In this document: one piece after another, positions 1 through 7,273 of the stretch | Numbering within the stretch: position 1 is the first letter of the stretch | How the letters are laid out: the number at the start of each line of letters is the position of its first letter | Virus record (IMG/VR): IMGVR_UViG_3300020470_001965 | Reading direction: 5' to 3' (one strand) | Source: a virus | DNA length: 64,000 bases | The notes under the pieces: model-generated | What the model saw: the letters and a program-made list of their open reading frames with translations, nothing else | Told to the model about the DNA's origin: nothing | Databases searched by the model: none | Made by a program: the position numbers and the translations under genes

Positions 1-369
1 CTCAAAGATGTCATCCAAAGTTATTGTCAGCGGGTTAACGAAGCTGCTAAGTGGCACTTCGAGCTCGACTTTCTGGAGCCTCTACAAATTACGAAGTATG
101 CAGAGGGAGATAGATATGATTGGCATCAAGACGAGTCAGAGTGGTGTAGAAACAAAAGAAAAGAAGAACGAATCAGAAAAGTCTCGTTCGTACTCCTTCT
201 GAATGAAGACTTTGAGGGTGGGGAGTTTATGTTAATCAATCAAGAGATACCTTTAAAGGCAGGGACAATGATATTCTTCCACTCAGATGACTATCATCAG
301 GTTAATGCAGTCACTAAAGGAGAACGTAGGAGTCTAGTAGGATGGATACAGGGACCACCATGGGTATAG
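1..369 (+). CDS. 2OG-Fe(II) oxygenase (prolyl-hydroxylase-like), 5'-truncated by window
   Basis: Frame 1 is open from base 1 to TAG at 367-369 (not in the ORF track): LQITKY..YDWHQD..RKVSFVLLLN.FEGGEF..HQVNAVTKGERRSLVGWIQGP, i.e. HxD...H...R. Confidence 0.85.
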   Translation, partial: LKDVIQSYCQRVNEAAKWHFELDFLEPLQITKYAEGDRYDWHQDESEWCRNKRKEERIRKVSFVLLLNEDFEGGEFMLINQEIPLKAGTMIFFHSDDYHQVNAVTKGERRSLVGWIQGPPWV

Positions 370-977
370 ACCAGGCTATTGTTTATGATGGCATGGTTGC
401 CAAACCTCGTACTGATTTTTTGTACACAGAGTTCATAGATCAGGAGGTAACTGATGCATTGGTAGATTTTTATCACACTCAAGATATCTTTGAGGGTGGT
501 GAAGGACAGACTATTGATGACAATGGTGGTGGCATGGTTGATACAGACATCAAAGACTCTATGGATTATCCTATCTTTGTAGGTATCAATGACCGTAGAG
601 TCAGAGACTTCACTGCTGAAGTCAATCGTGTCTGTCATAACTATGCTCAGAGATTTCCACTGTGTACTAAGACAAACATGTGGAAGATGGAAGAGTTCTT
701 TAACCTTCAGTACTATAAACCTGGAGGTGGGTATCATCTATGGCATTGTGAAAGACAATCATCAAGCAGATCCAACACGTACAGACATCTGGTTTGGATG
801 GTATACTTAAACGATGTTCCTAATGGAGGTACAGAGTTCTTTCACCAGCAACAATACATAGAAGCAGAGAAGGGAAAGTGTGCAATCTGGCCATCAGATT
901 GGACATGGCACCACAAAGGACGCAAGTCTGAAACACATGAAAAAATCATCGCAACAGGATGGTATCACTTTATCTAA
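342..977 (+). CDS. 2OG-Fe(II) oxygenase
   Basis: QYYKPGGGYHLWHCE..VWMVYLNDV.NGGTEF..WP..WTWHHKG..KIIATGW; HxE...H triad. Exact start uncertain (342 or 360). Confidence 0.85.
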   Translation: MDTGTTMGIDQAIVYDGMVAKPRTDFLYTEFIDQEVTDALVDFYHTQDIFEGGEGQTIDDNGGGMVDTDIKDSMDYPIFVGINDRRVRDFTAEVNRVCHNYAQRFPLCTKTNMWKMEEFFNLQYYKPGGGYHLWHCERQSSSRSNTYRHLVWMVYLNDVPNGGTEFFHQQQYIEAEKGKCAIWPSDWTWHHKGRKSETHEKIIATGWYHFI

Positions 978-985
978 GGAGACTT

Positions 986-1330
986 ATGACATTTACACCG
1001 TATCAACAGGCAGTAGTAGCAGCAAAGAATGCAGTCATCGAAGCACTTAAGATCGATGAGAAGGAACAGACCCTTAGTGAGCTATGGAGACACTACATGG
1101 GACTACGTGCTATCGAACAACAGAATCAGCACACAGAATTGGATGACAATAAGACAGCGAATGAGAATATAACTTTTAATGTGAAGGACAACTTTGGATC
1201 TGATCCATTCACGATGGAGAATCCATACATCCCACTAGACATAGGTGACACTAACATTGCTGCTGATACAGTGACTGTAGGCACTGGTCTTCTTGGTGGT
1301 ATGGGACAGGATCACATAACATTCTCTTAA
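986..1330 (+). CDS. hypothetical protein
   Basis: AGGAG Shine-Dalgarno before ATG 986; same frame as track ORF 959..1330. Confidence 0.65.
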   Translation: MTFTPYQQAVVAAKNAVIEALKIDEKEQTLSELWRHYMGLRAIEQQNQHTELDDNKTANENITFNVKDNFGSDPFTMENPYIPLDIGDTNIAADTVTVGTGLLGGMGQDHITFS

Positions 1331-1355
1331 GAATGTCAGGGATAGGTAATAATAC

Positions 1356-1416
1356 TTGACAGAAATTTTATGATTGCTATATAATTGTGTAACGTTACTT
1401 AACATAAGTTAACATG
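1356..1416 (+). promoter_or_regulatory. sigma70-like promoter of hli cluster with HLR1-like 10-nt-period repeats
   Basis: TTGACA 1356-1361, TATAAT 1380-1385; repeats GTAACGTT/TTAACATA/TTAACATG at 1389, 1399, 1409. Confidence 0.6.
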
Positions 1417-1626
1417 AGTTCATCAACTGCAGGTAGGCGGTACGTAACCACTGAGGACGGAGGCAGACAGAATATGTTTGCTGCTGAGCCTCGCATAGAA
1501 GTCATCGATAATGGTGACTACTGGAAGAATGCTGAACTTCTTAACGGAAGACTAGCAATGATTGGTTTAGTTGCTGCTGTATTTAATTACACCGTCTTCG
1601 GATGGGTAATTCCAGGCATTGTATAA
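1414..1626 (+). CDS. hli: high-light inducible protein
   Basis: AELLNGRLAMIG chlorophyll-binding motif, TM helix, IPGIV end. Confidence 0.95.
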   Translation: MSSSTAGRRYVTTEDGGRQNMFAAEPRIEVIDNGDYWKNAELLNGRLAMIGLVAAVFNYTVFGWVIPGIV

Positions 1627-1669
1627 GTTACAAGGTCTCTTTAAATCTAATTTCTATCCCTTAAATCAA

Positions 1670-1795
1670 ATGAAAAACGAAAACGAAAGATTATCCTTAG
1701 CAGAATTAGCTAACGGACGTTGGGCAATGATTGGAATCGTTTCTGGTCTAGGTGCCTACCTAACAACTGGTCAACTCATTCCAGGAGTATTCTAA
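1670..1795 (+). CDS. hli: high-light inducible protein (41 aa)
   Basis: Read directly: MKNENERLSLAELANGRWAMIGIVSGLGAYLTTGQLIPGVF; below track size cutoff. Confidence 0.92.
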   Translation: MKNENERLSLAELANGRWAMIGIVSGLGAYLTTGQLIPGVF

Positions 1796-1905
1796 TGGAT
1801 ACTACAAGCAACCTGGATATATTTGTACGTAGCAATGGTCGTGCTGCAATGCTCATCTTTTGGGCAGCAGTAGGAGCATATACCTACGTGAAATATTTTT
1901 CCTGA
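1795..1905 (+). CDS. hli: divergent Hli-like protein (36 aa)
   Basis: TAATG overlap with previous gene; MDTTSNLDIFVRSNGRAAMLIFWAAVGAY.. keeps NGRxAM but lacks the upstream Glu. Confidence 0.7.
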   Translation: MDTTSNLDIFVRSNGRAAMLIFWAAVGAYTYVKYFS

Positions 1906-1939
1906 TAAATAGTTACTCGTAACATTTCTACACAATACG

Positions 1940-2125
1940 ATGTCTGACTTAGTAGTCGAGACCAACAGTATATCACCACTAATAGCAGTCCTCTGGGTCT
2001 TTTATCCTATGGCTGCTTTAGTCTTGATAGAGTTGCTGCTCAGAGCATTCAGTGGAAACAATGACGATGACGATGATCATCAGGGAGGCAAGATGATCCC
2101 TGTAGCATTACCAACGGGGGCATGA
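1940..2125 (+). CDS. small membrane protein
   Basis: TM segment followed by DDDDD-QGGKMIP; preceded by GATAAATA late-promoter-like sequence. Confidence 0.7.
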   Translation: MSDLVVETNSISPLIAVLWVFYPMAALVLIELLLRAFSGNNDDDDDHQGGKMIPVALPTGA

Positions 2126-2199
2126 TGTACCAGTTAATTTTCCTAGGTATGTTAATAGCATACGTTAATTTTGGTGGTCTATCCTTTGTGATGCAATGA
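2122..2199 (+). CDS. small membrane peptide (25 aa)
   Basis: MMYQLIFLGMLIAYVNFGGLSFVMQ; ATGA overlaps on both sides. Confidence 0.55.
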   Translation: MMYQLIFLGMLIAYVNFGGLSFVMQ

Positions 2200-2294
2200 C
2201 CATTCCAGAACAAGTATTGATAACAGTACCACACCACTTGCACGGTCTACTAGAATTTGGTATACTGGTAGCAGTTGGTGTAACCTTTGGTTAA
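2196..2294 (+). CDS. small membrane peptide (32 aa)
   Basis: MTIPEQVLITVPHHLHGLLEFGILVAVGVTFG; ATGA and TAATG coupling to neighbours. Confidence 0.55.
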   Translation: MTIPEQVLITVPHHLHGLLEFGILVAVGVTFG

Positions 2295-2935
2295 TGAAGT
2301 TAATAAGATTCACCAGCGGAGATACCTATACCTTCTTCGCACCACGGTGGGAGTATTATGTTTGTGAGACAGAAGTAGACTTTGATTTATCCATGCTGAA
2401 GAATGAAATCTTCTGGCAGGAGCATAGAATCATTGAGCACTATCCATTTGAGGATGATTGGGGTACCAAGTTGGGACCTAATAGTCTTACCTCTAGGTCT
2501 AACAAGTATAACTTATTAACATGGTCAGATGCCAAACCTCTCGGTGCATTCATCCGACACACGCATGATTCACTGATACACGAATTAAATCTTCCACCTA
2601 CCAAGATATATGCTCAATGCTGGGCTAATGTCATGCGTAAGGGTGAGAAGATGGCAATGCATTCCCACGGGAGAGACCCTTGGTCTTATCTCAGTGGGCA
2701 TCTTTGTGTACAGGTGAAGGATACTAATACATATTATCAGAACCCTTATGGTGGAGACCCATACGCTTCTGCCAACTCAGTAGGTAAGATGACACTCTTC
2801 CCTAGTTTCCTACCCCACTACACAGATGAGGTGGACACTGGAGAAAGGGTCACAGTGGCCTTTGACATCAGGACAGAAGAGGGTTATTATAAGGACATCA
2901 AAGACAACATGAAGGAGCACTGGGTCAGACTATGA
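2294..2935 (+). CDS. putative 2OG-Fe(II) oxygenase (TIGR02466-like, HxH)
   Basis: WANVMRKGE..HSH..LSG..LFPSFLPH..RVTVAFD. Confidence 0.8.
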   Translation: MKLIRFTSGDTYTFFAPRWEYYVCETEVDFDLSMLKNEIFWQEHRIIEHYPFEDDWGTKLGPNSLTSRSNKYNLLTWSDAKPLGAFIRHTHDSLIHELNLPPTKIYAQCWANVMRKGEKMAMHSHGRDPWSYLSGHLCVQVKDTNTYYQNPYGGDPYASANSVGKMTLFPSFLPHYTDEVDTGERVTVAFDIRTEEGYYKDIKDNMKEHWVRL

Positions 2936-3189
2936 TTGAGGAATTCAGACTAGATGATGGCAAACTTGAAGAAAGAAAGCTGTGCTTGACAGCATGCATC
3001 AGTAATGGATACCCTATTCAGAGAGGAACCTATGAATTCTGTCATGATTTTGTAATGAATAATAAATTTGAGGGTTATGTCCCCACTGATACCAATGATT
3101 TAGCTGATAAAGTTAATGATTTTAATGGTGATTACTTTGCTTTAGCATGTGCTAGAGTGAAACAGGTATGGGAGGAGCGTCGTCGATGA
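2932..3189 (+). CDS. hypothetical protein
   Basis: ORF with ATGA overlaps on both sides. Confidence 0.65.
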   Translation: MIEEFRLDDGKLEERKLCLTACISNGYPIQRGTYEFCHDFVMNNKFEGYVPTDTNDLADKVNDFNGDYFALACARVKQVWEERRR

Positions 3190-4655
3190 GAATTGTTATT
3201 GCTGGTGGTGGGTCTGCTGGTTGGATGAGTGCAGCAGCACTCTGTAAAACCTTTCCAGACTGGGACATTACTATCATCGTAGGTGATGAACCTATTGGTG
3301 TGGGTGAGTCTACTACTCCACATATTAATCAGTACCTAAAGTATATGGGTATCGATGATGCTGACTTCTTGAAAGCAGCACGTGCTACCTTTAAAGCAGG
3401 GTCTAAGTTTGAAGACTTTGCAGGTGTAGGTCACTCATTCTTTTATGGTAATGCTCAAGAGCTACCTAAGGGTACACACTATTATCAATGGATGCTTGCG
3501 GATGCATTTAAAATGAATCCTCCTCCATTTATTGATGTCTTCATGCCATTCATGACAGTGGCAGCAGAAGGCAAGATGCCACTCAATAATCCAAGGCTTG
3601 CTCCTTATGACCTCAAAAAGGACCGTAGTTTCCACATTGACTCCCACGCGTTCGCTAAGTATCTTAGAGAAACTTTCTGTGAGAATATTAGAGTCATTGA
3701 TTCTAAAGTTAAGTCGGTATCTTACGGACAAGGAGGAATACAATTTGTCACTGTGGAAAGAGGACCGTACGACCAAGGGGCAAAGAAGGTTGACGCAGAT
3801 CTCTATCTCGACTGTACTGGGCAATCGTCTACACTAGGCGGTGCTATGGGTACTTGGGAACCAATCACTACCCTTAATGTAGACACTGCTATCGTAAGGA
3901 AGGAAGAATATACTGATAAAGATGAGCAGATGCACTGCTACACCCATGCTAAGGGTCTCTCTGCTGGATGGCAGTGGACTATACCTACATGGGATTTCAT
4001 TAGTAAAGGATATGTATTCTCATCTAAGCATCAGTCTGAAGAGGATGCTAAGAAAGAATTTGGTGACGGTAAAGTAATTAAATTTAGGACAGGTAGATAC
4101 GATAAGGCATGGAGTGGTAACTGTGTGAAGATAGGTCTCTCTTATGGTTTTGTTGAACCATTAGAGTCCACTTCACTATTCAATACACATCATGGTATAC
4201 TCTCACTCATTGACATCCTTGCAACGGTACCTGACTATGGTCAGTTTGAGCGTGATAATTATAACTACAATCTTAAGGAGCACTTTGATGGATGGAAGGA
4301 GTTTGTAGAAGCACACTACTATTACTCCAGTCGTAAGGACACTCCCTTCTGGAGGTCACAGACAGATGAGATGGAGTATGATATAGTAGGGTCACATGAA
4401 TTCATCCGTCATTACATGACAAGTGATGAAGCATTCAGTCCAGACCAATTCCACCCTATCGTATACATTATGGCAGGTGCTGGTAAGAATAACATCAACC
4501 AGAGACACTATGGATACTTTAACTATCCTATCCCTATATCTCAGAAGAATGTTGATGATTGGAATGAGGACTATCAAATGAGGAAGTCATTTGCTGGATC
4601 ACTACCTACAATGTATAAATATCTCAGTGAAACTTTCCATGCGGAGGACTCATGA
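3186..4655 (+). CDS. flavin-dependent (tryptophan-halogenase-like) halogenase
   Basis: GGGSAG FAD motif, GVGEST, ATFK (catalytic Lys), WQWTIP, FVEPLEST. Confidence 0.92.
   Translation: MRIVIAGGGSAGWMSAAALCKTFPDWDITIIVGDEPIGVGESTTPHINQYLKYMGIDDADFLKAARATFKAGSKFEDFAGVGHSFFYGNAQELPKGTHYYQWMLADAFKMNPPPFIDVFMPFMTVAAEGKMPLNNPRLAPYDLKKDRSFHIDSHAFAKYLRETFCENIRVIDSKVKSVSYGQGGIQFVTVERGPYDQGAKKVDADLYLDCTGQSSTLGGAMGTWEPITTLNVDTAIVRKEEYTDKDEQMHCYTHAKGLSAGWQWTIPTWDFISKGYVFSSKHQSEEDAKKEFGDGKVIKFRTGRYDKAWSGNCVKIGLSYGFVEPLESTSLFNTHHGILSLIDILATVPDYGQFERDNYNYNLKEHFDGWKEFVEAHYYYSSRKDTPFWRSQTDEMEYDIVGSHEFIRHYMTSDEAFSPDQFHPIVYIMAGAGKNNINQRHYGYFNYPIPISQKNVDDWNEDYQMRKSFAGSLPTMYKYLSETFHAEDS
4614..4621 (+). promoter_or_regulatory. 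T4-type late promoter TATAAATA
   Basis: Exact consensus about 30 nt before ORF 4652. Confidence 0.55.
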
Positions 4656-4930
4656 ACCTACTACCCGATATCTTCTCGGACACTGCCAAGTATAAGCCTT
4701 GGTTGTGGGAAAAGTATGGTGACACTGAGAAGGAGAGAAAGAAACAAGCAGAGAACGAAAGAGAGTTAAAATATAAGAAAGATAGAATGATGCACGGCAA
4801 GAAGAAAGTCGGACATTCTAAAGACAGCCCTACTTACAAAGAGTTTCTTAAGAAAGCAAAGGGTACTAAGTTAAGACCAGGAGAAGTAAAGAAACTCGTA
4901 AACGGAAAGTGGGTTTCTAATAAAGACTAA
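4652..4930 (+). CDS. small Lys-rich hypothetical protein
   Basis: GGAGG SD; ends LRPGEVKKLVNGKWVSNKD. Confidence 0.7.
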   Translation: MNLLPDIFSDTAKYKPWLWEKYGDTEKERKKQAENERELKYKKDRMMHGKKKVGHSKDSPTYKEFLKKAKGTKLRPGEVKKLVNGKWVSNKD

Positions 4931-4965
4931 ATATGCAAGGGCAATGTCAATAAGTCCCCCCGTAT

Positions 4966-5060
4966 GGTGGTAGGGCCTCTGGTTTAGGAGGATATCCACC
5001 CTTTCATACCCCAAACCAAGACCACGGGGATTCCTTAGGGATTAGTCTTATCATAACAAG
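4966..5060 (+). ncRNA. structured psbA leader (PhotoRC-II-like), with pseudoknot
   Basis: GGTGG/CCACC hairpin 4966-5000; crossing pairs CCCC(5009-12)/GGGG(5026-29) and AAGAC(5018-22)/GTCTT(5045-49). Family name is from memory. Confidence 0.65.
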
Positions 5061-5081
5061 TAAACACCGCACTCATTTTTA

Positions 5082-6164
5082 ATGACTACTCTTCAACAAA
5101 GAAGTAGCAGCCCGCTTAAGAATTGGGACGAGTTTTGTGCGTGGGTTACCTCCACGGACAATCGCTTATACGTTGGTTGGTTCGGAGTCTTAATGATTCC
5201 ATGTCTTCTAGCTGCAGCTACTTGTTTCATCATAGCGTTTATCGCTGCACCACCCGTCGATATAGACGGTATCAGAGAGCCAGTAGCAGGCTCATTAATG
5301 TATGGAAACAACATCATCTCTGGTGCTGTAGTTCCATCCTCTAATGCTATAGGTATGCATTTCTATCCCATCTGGGAGGCAGCATCACTCGATGAGTGGC
5401 TGTATAACGGAGGTCCATACCAGTTAATTGTCTTCCACTTCCTTATCGGAATCTCTGCCTACATGGGTAGACAGTGGGAGTTGTCGTATCGTTTGGGCAT
5501 GCGCCCCTGGATCTGTGTTGCTTATAGTGCGCCAGTCTCAGCTGCCTTTGCAGTATTCCTCATCTATCCTTTCGGACAAGGATCACTCAGTGATGGTATG
5601 CCGCTTGGGATATCGGGAACGTTCAACTTTATGTTTGTCTTCCAAGCGGAGCATAATATCCTTATGCATCCATTCCACATGGCAGGTGTGGCGGGTATGT
5701 TTGGAGGTGCTCTCTTCAGTGCTATGCATGGCTCCTTGGTCACGTCATCGCTCATCAGAGAGACAACTGAAAACGAATCACAAAACTACGGTTACAAGTT
5801 TGGACAAGAAGAAGAAACCTATAACATCGTCGCTGCACACGGGTATTTTGGTCGTTTAATCTTCCAATATGCATCGTTTAATAACAGTCGAAGTTTACAC
5901 TTCTTCCTCGCTGTCTTCCCTGTCGTCTGTATCTGGTTGACCTCAATGGGTATCTGTACGATGGCATTCAACTTGAATGGTTTTAACTTTAACCAATCAA
6001 TTCTGGATGCACAAGGCAAGGTTGTCCCCACGTGGGGTGACGTGCTTAACAGAGCAAACCTAGGTATGGAAGTGATGCACGAGCGTAATGCTCACAACTT
6101 CCCACTTGACCTCGCAGCTGCTGAGGTTACAGAGGTTGCATTACTTGCACCATCTATCGGTTGA
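5082..6164 (+). CDS. psbA: photosystem II D1 protein
   Basis: [40 protein letters not shown]; 360 aa, uninterrupted. Confidence 0.99.
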   Translation: MTTLQQRSSSPLKNWDEFCAWVTSTDNRLYVGWFGVLMIPCLLAAATCFIIAFIAAPPVDIDGIREPVAGSLMYGNNIISGAVVPSSNAIGMHFYPIWEAASLDEWLYNGGPYQLIVFHFLIGISAYMGRQWELSYRLGMRPWICVAYSAPVSAAFAVFLIYPFGQGSLSDGMPLGISGTFNFMFVFQAEHNILMHPFHMAGVAGMFGGALFSAMHGSLVTSSLIRETTENESQNYGYKFGQEEETYNIVAAHGYFGRLIFQYASFNNSRSLHFFLAVFPVVCIWLTSMGICTMAFNLNGFNFNQSILDAQGKVVPTWGDVLNRANLGMEVMHERNAHNFPLDLAAAEVTEVALLAPSIG

Positions 6165-6188
6165 CAAGGTATCACAATCTGATATAAT
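6161..6188 (+). promoter_or_regulatory. sigma70-like promoter overlapping psbA stop
   Basis: TTGACA(6161)-16 nt-TATAAT(6183). Confidence 0.65.
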
Positions 6189-6215
6189 AAGAGGGTCTAA
6201 CGACCCTCTTTTTTT
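6189..6215 (+). terminator. rho-independent terminator after psbA
   Basis: AAGAGGGTC-TAAC-GACCCTCTT followed by T run. Confidence 0.85.
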
Positions 6216-6296
6216 ATGTTATATTTTATTGGCTTCCTAATGGTAGCAGCGATATGTGTAGCAGTATACTACCTCAAGCTTTATAACCCTCATTGA
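6216..6296 (+). CDS. small membrane peptide (26 aa)
   Basis: MLYFIGFLMVAAICVAVYLLKLYNPH; abuts next ORF. Confidence 0.5.
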   Translation: MLYFIGFLMVAAICVAVYYLKLYNPH

Positions 6297-6297
6297 T

Positions 6298-6594
6298 ATG
6301 GCAGATAAACCAATACCAGGATCATACATAGACACGCAGGGCATGGGTGCTCCCGCTGACCCAAATTACAAAGGTCCAAGAGAACCAGTAGAATATAAAC
6401 CTGCTATCATTAAACCTCGTAGGTTATTCACTCCAGAATATGTAAAGGAGATGAAGTATCTTATCAATGAGGTATTAGATGAGAGAGAAGGGAAGTATGA
6501 TTACACTTCCTACTTTGACACTGAGAAATTTAAACACTATGTTGGAGAAGATGAACCACCCTATACTGGCAGGCAAAGTAAAGACAGTTTATGA
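6298..6594 (+). CDS. hypothetical protein
   Basis: 98-aa ORF (IDTQGMGAP..FTPEYVKEMKYLINEVLDER). Confidence 0.7.
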   Translation: MADKPIPGSYIDTQGMGAPADPNYKGPREPVEYKPAIIKPRRLFTPEYVKEMKYLINEVLDEREGKYDYTSYFDTEKFKHYVGEDEPPYTGRQSKDSL

Positions 6595-7249
6595 TGTTGA
6601 TGGTGATGCACAGAAGGTGCTCATCAAGTTTCATGATAAAGTAACAGCAGGTAACGGTAGACTTGTAGAGTTTCCTGAAGATAAGGGTAAGACATGCTGT
6701 CTTATATCTGCCTTGTTGTTTGAATTACTAGAGAAGAATGGTATTAGGACTCACTACCTAGGCACTGAAGGTCTTGATAGTATGTTGTGTAGGAAACTAA
6801 CTATCATTCCACTGGAAGTTATCTGTCGTAACATTGCTGCTGGTAGTATAGTTAAGACTACTACTATTAATGAAGGCACACTACTTCAACCACCTCTAGT
6901 AGAATTCTTCCTTAAAGATGACACTAAGAATGATCCATTACTGACACCAGATAGAGTCAGACTTATGGGACACGATCCTAAACCATTGATTGAGAGGACA
7001 CATGAAATCAACTACCAATTACAATCACTATTCACCTTATGTGGTTTGGATTTGGTTGATTTTAAACTTGAGTTTGGTTACGATGCTCATGGCGATTTAT
7101 ACCTTGCCGATGAGCTCTCCCCAGACAACATGCGATTGTGGAGAAAGGATACTAAGGCACGGTTCGACAAAGATTTATTCAGGAAAGACGAGGGAGATAT
7201 AGTTGAGGCATATAAGACAGTCCTAGCACAGCTCAGACAGTTTGCCTAA
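6551..7249 (+). CDS. purC: SAICAR synthetase
   Basis: GKVKTVY, IPLEVICRNIAAGS, EFFLKDD..NDP, LVDFKLEFG, LADELSPDNMRLW, DKDLFR; GGAG SD before ATG 6551. Confidence 0.95.
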   Translation: MNHPILAGKVKTVYDVDGDAQKVLIKFHDKVTAGNGRLVEFPEDKGKTCCLISALLFELLEKNGIRTHYLGTEGLDSMLCRKLTIIPLEVICRNIAAGSIVKTTTINEGTLLQPPLVEFFLKDDTKNDPLLTPDRVRLMGHDPKPLIERTHEINYQLQSLFTLCGLDLVDFKLEFGYDAHGDLYLADELSPDNMRLWRKDTKARFDKDLFRKDEGDIVEAYKTVLAQLRQFA

Positions 7250-7273
7250 ATATTCCGTAAGGTATATTAAGTA

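Noticed and set aside
8-202. Track ORF of 64 aa
   Set aside because: Out-of-frame overlap of the real oxygenase in frame 1 (1..369).
1720-1905. Track ORF of 61 aa as one gene
   Set aside because: Its 5' part overlaps the 41-aa hli in another frame; real start is ATG 1795.
5082-6164. Intron or homing endonuclease in or after psbA
   Set aside because: ORF is continuous at normal D1 length and no nuclease gene follows.
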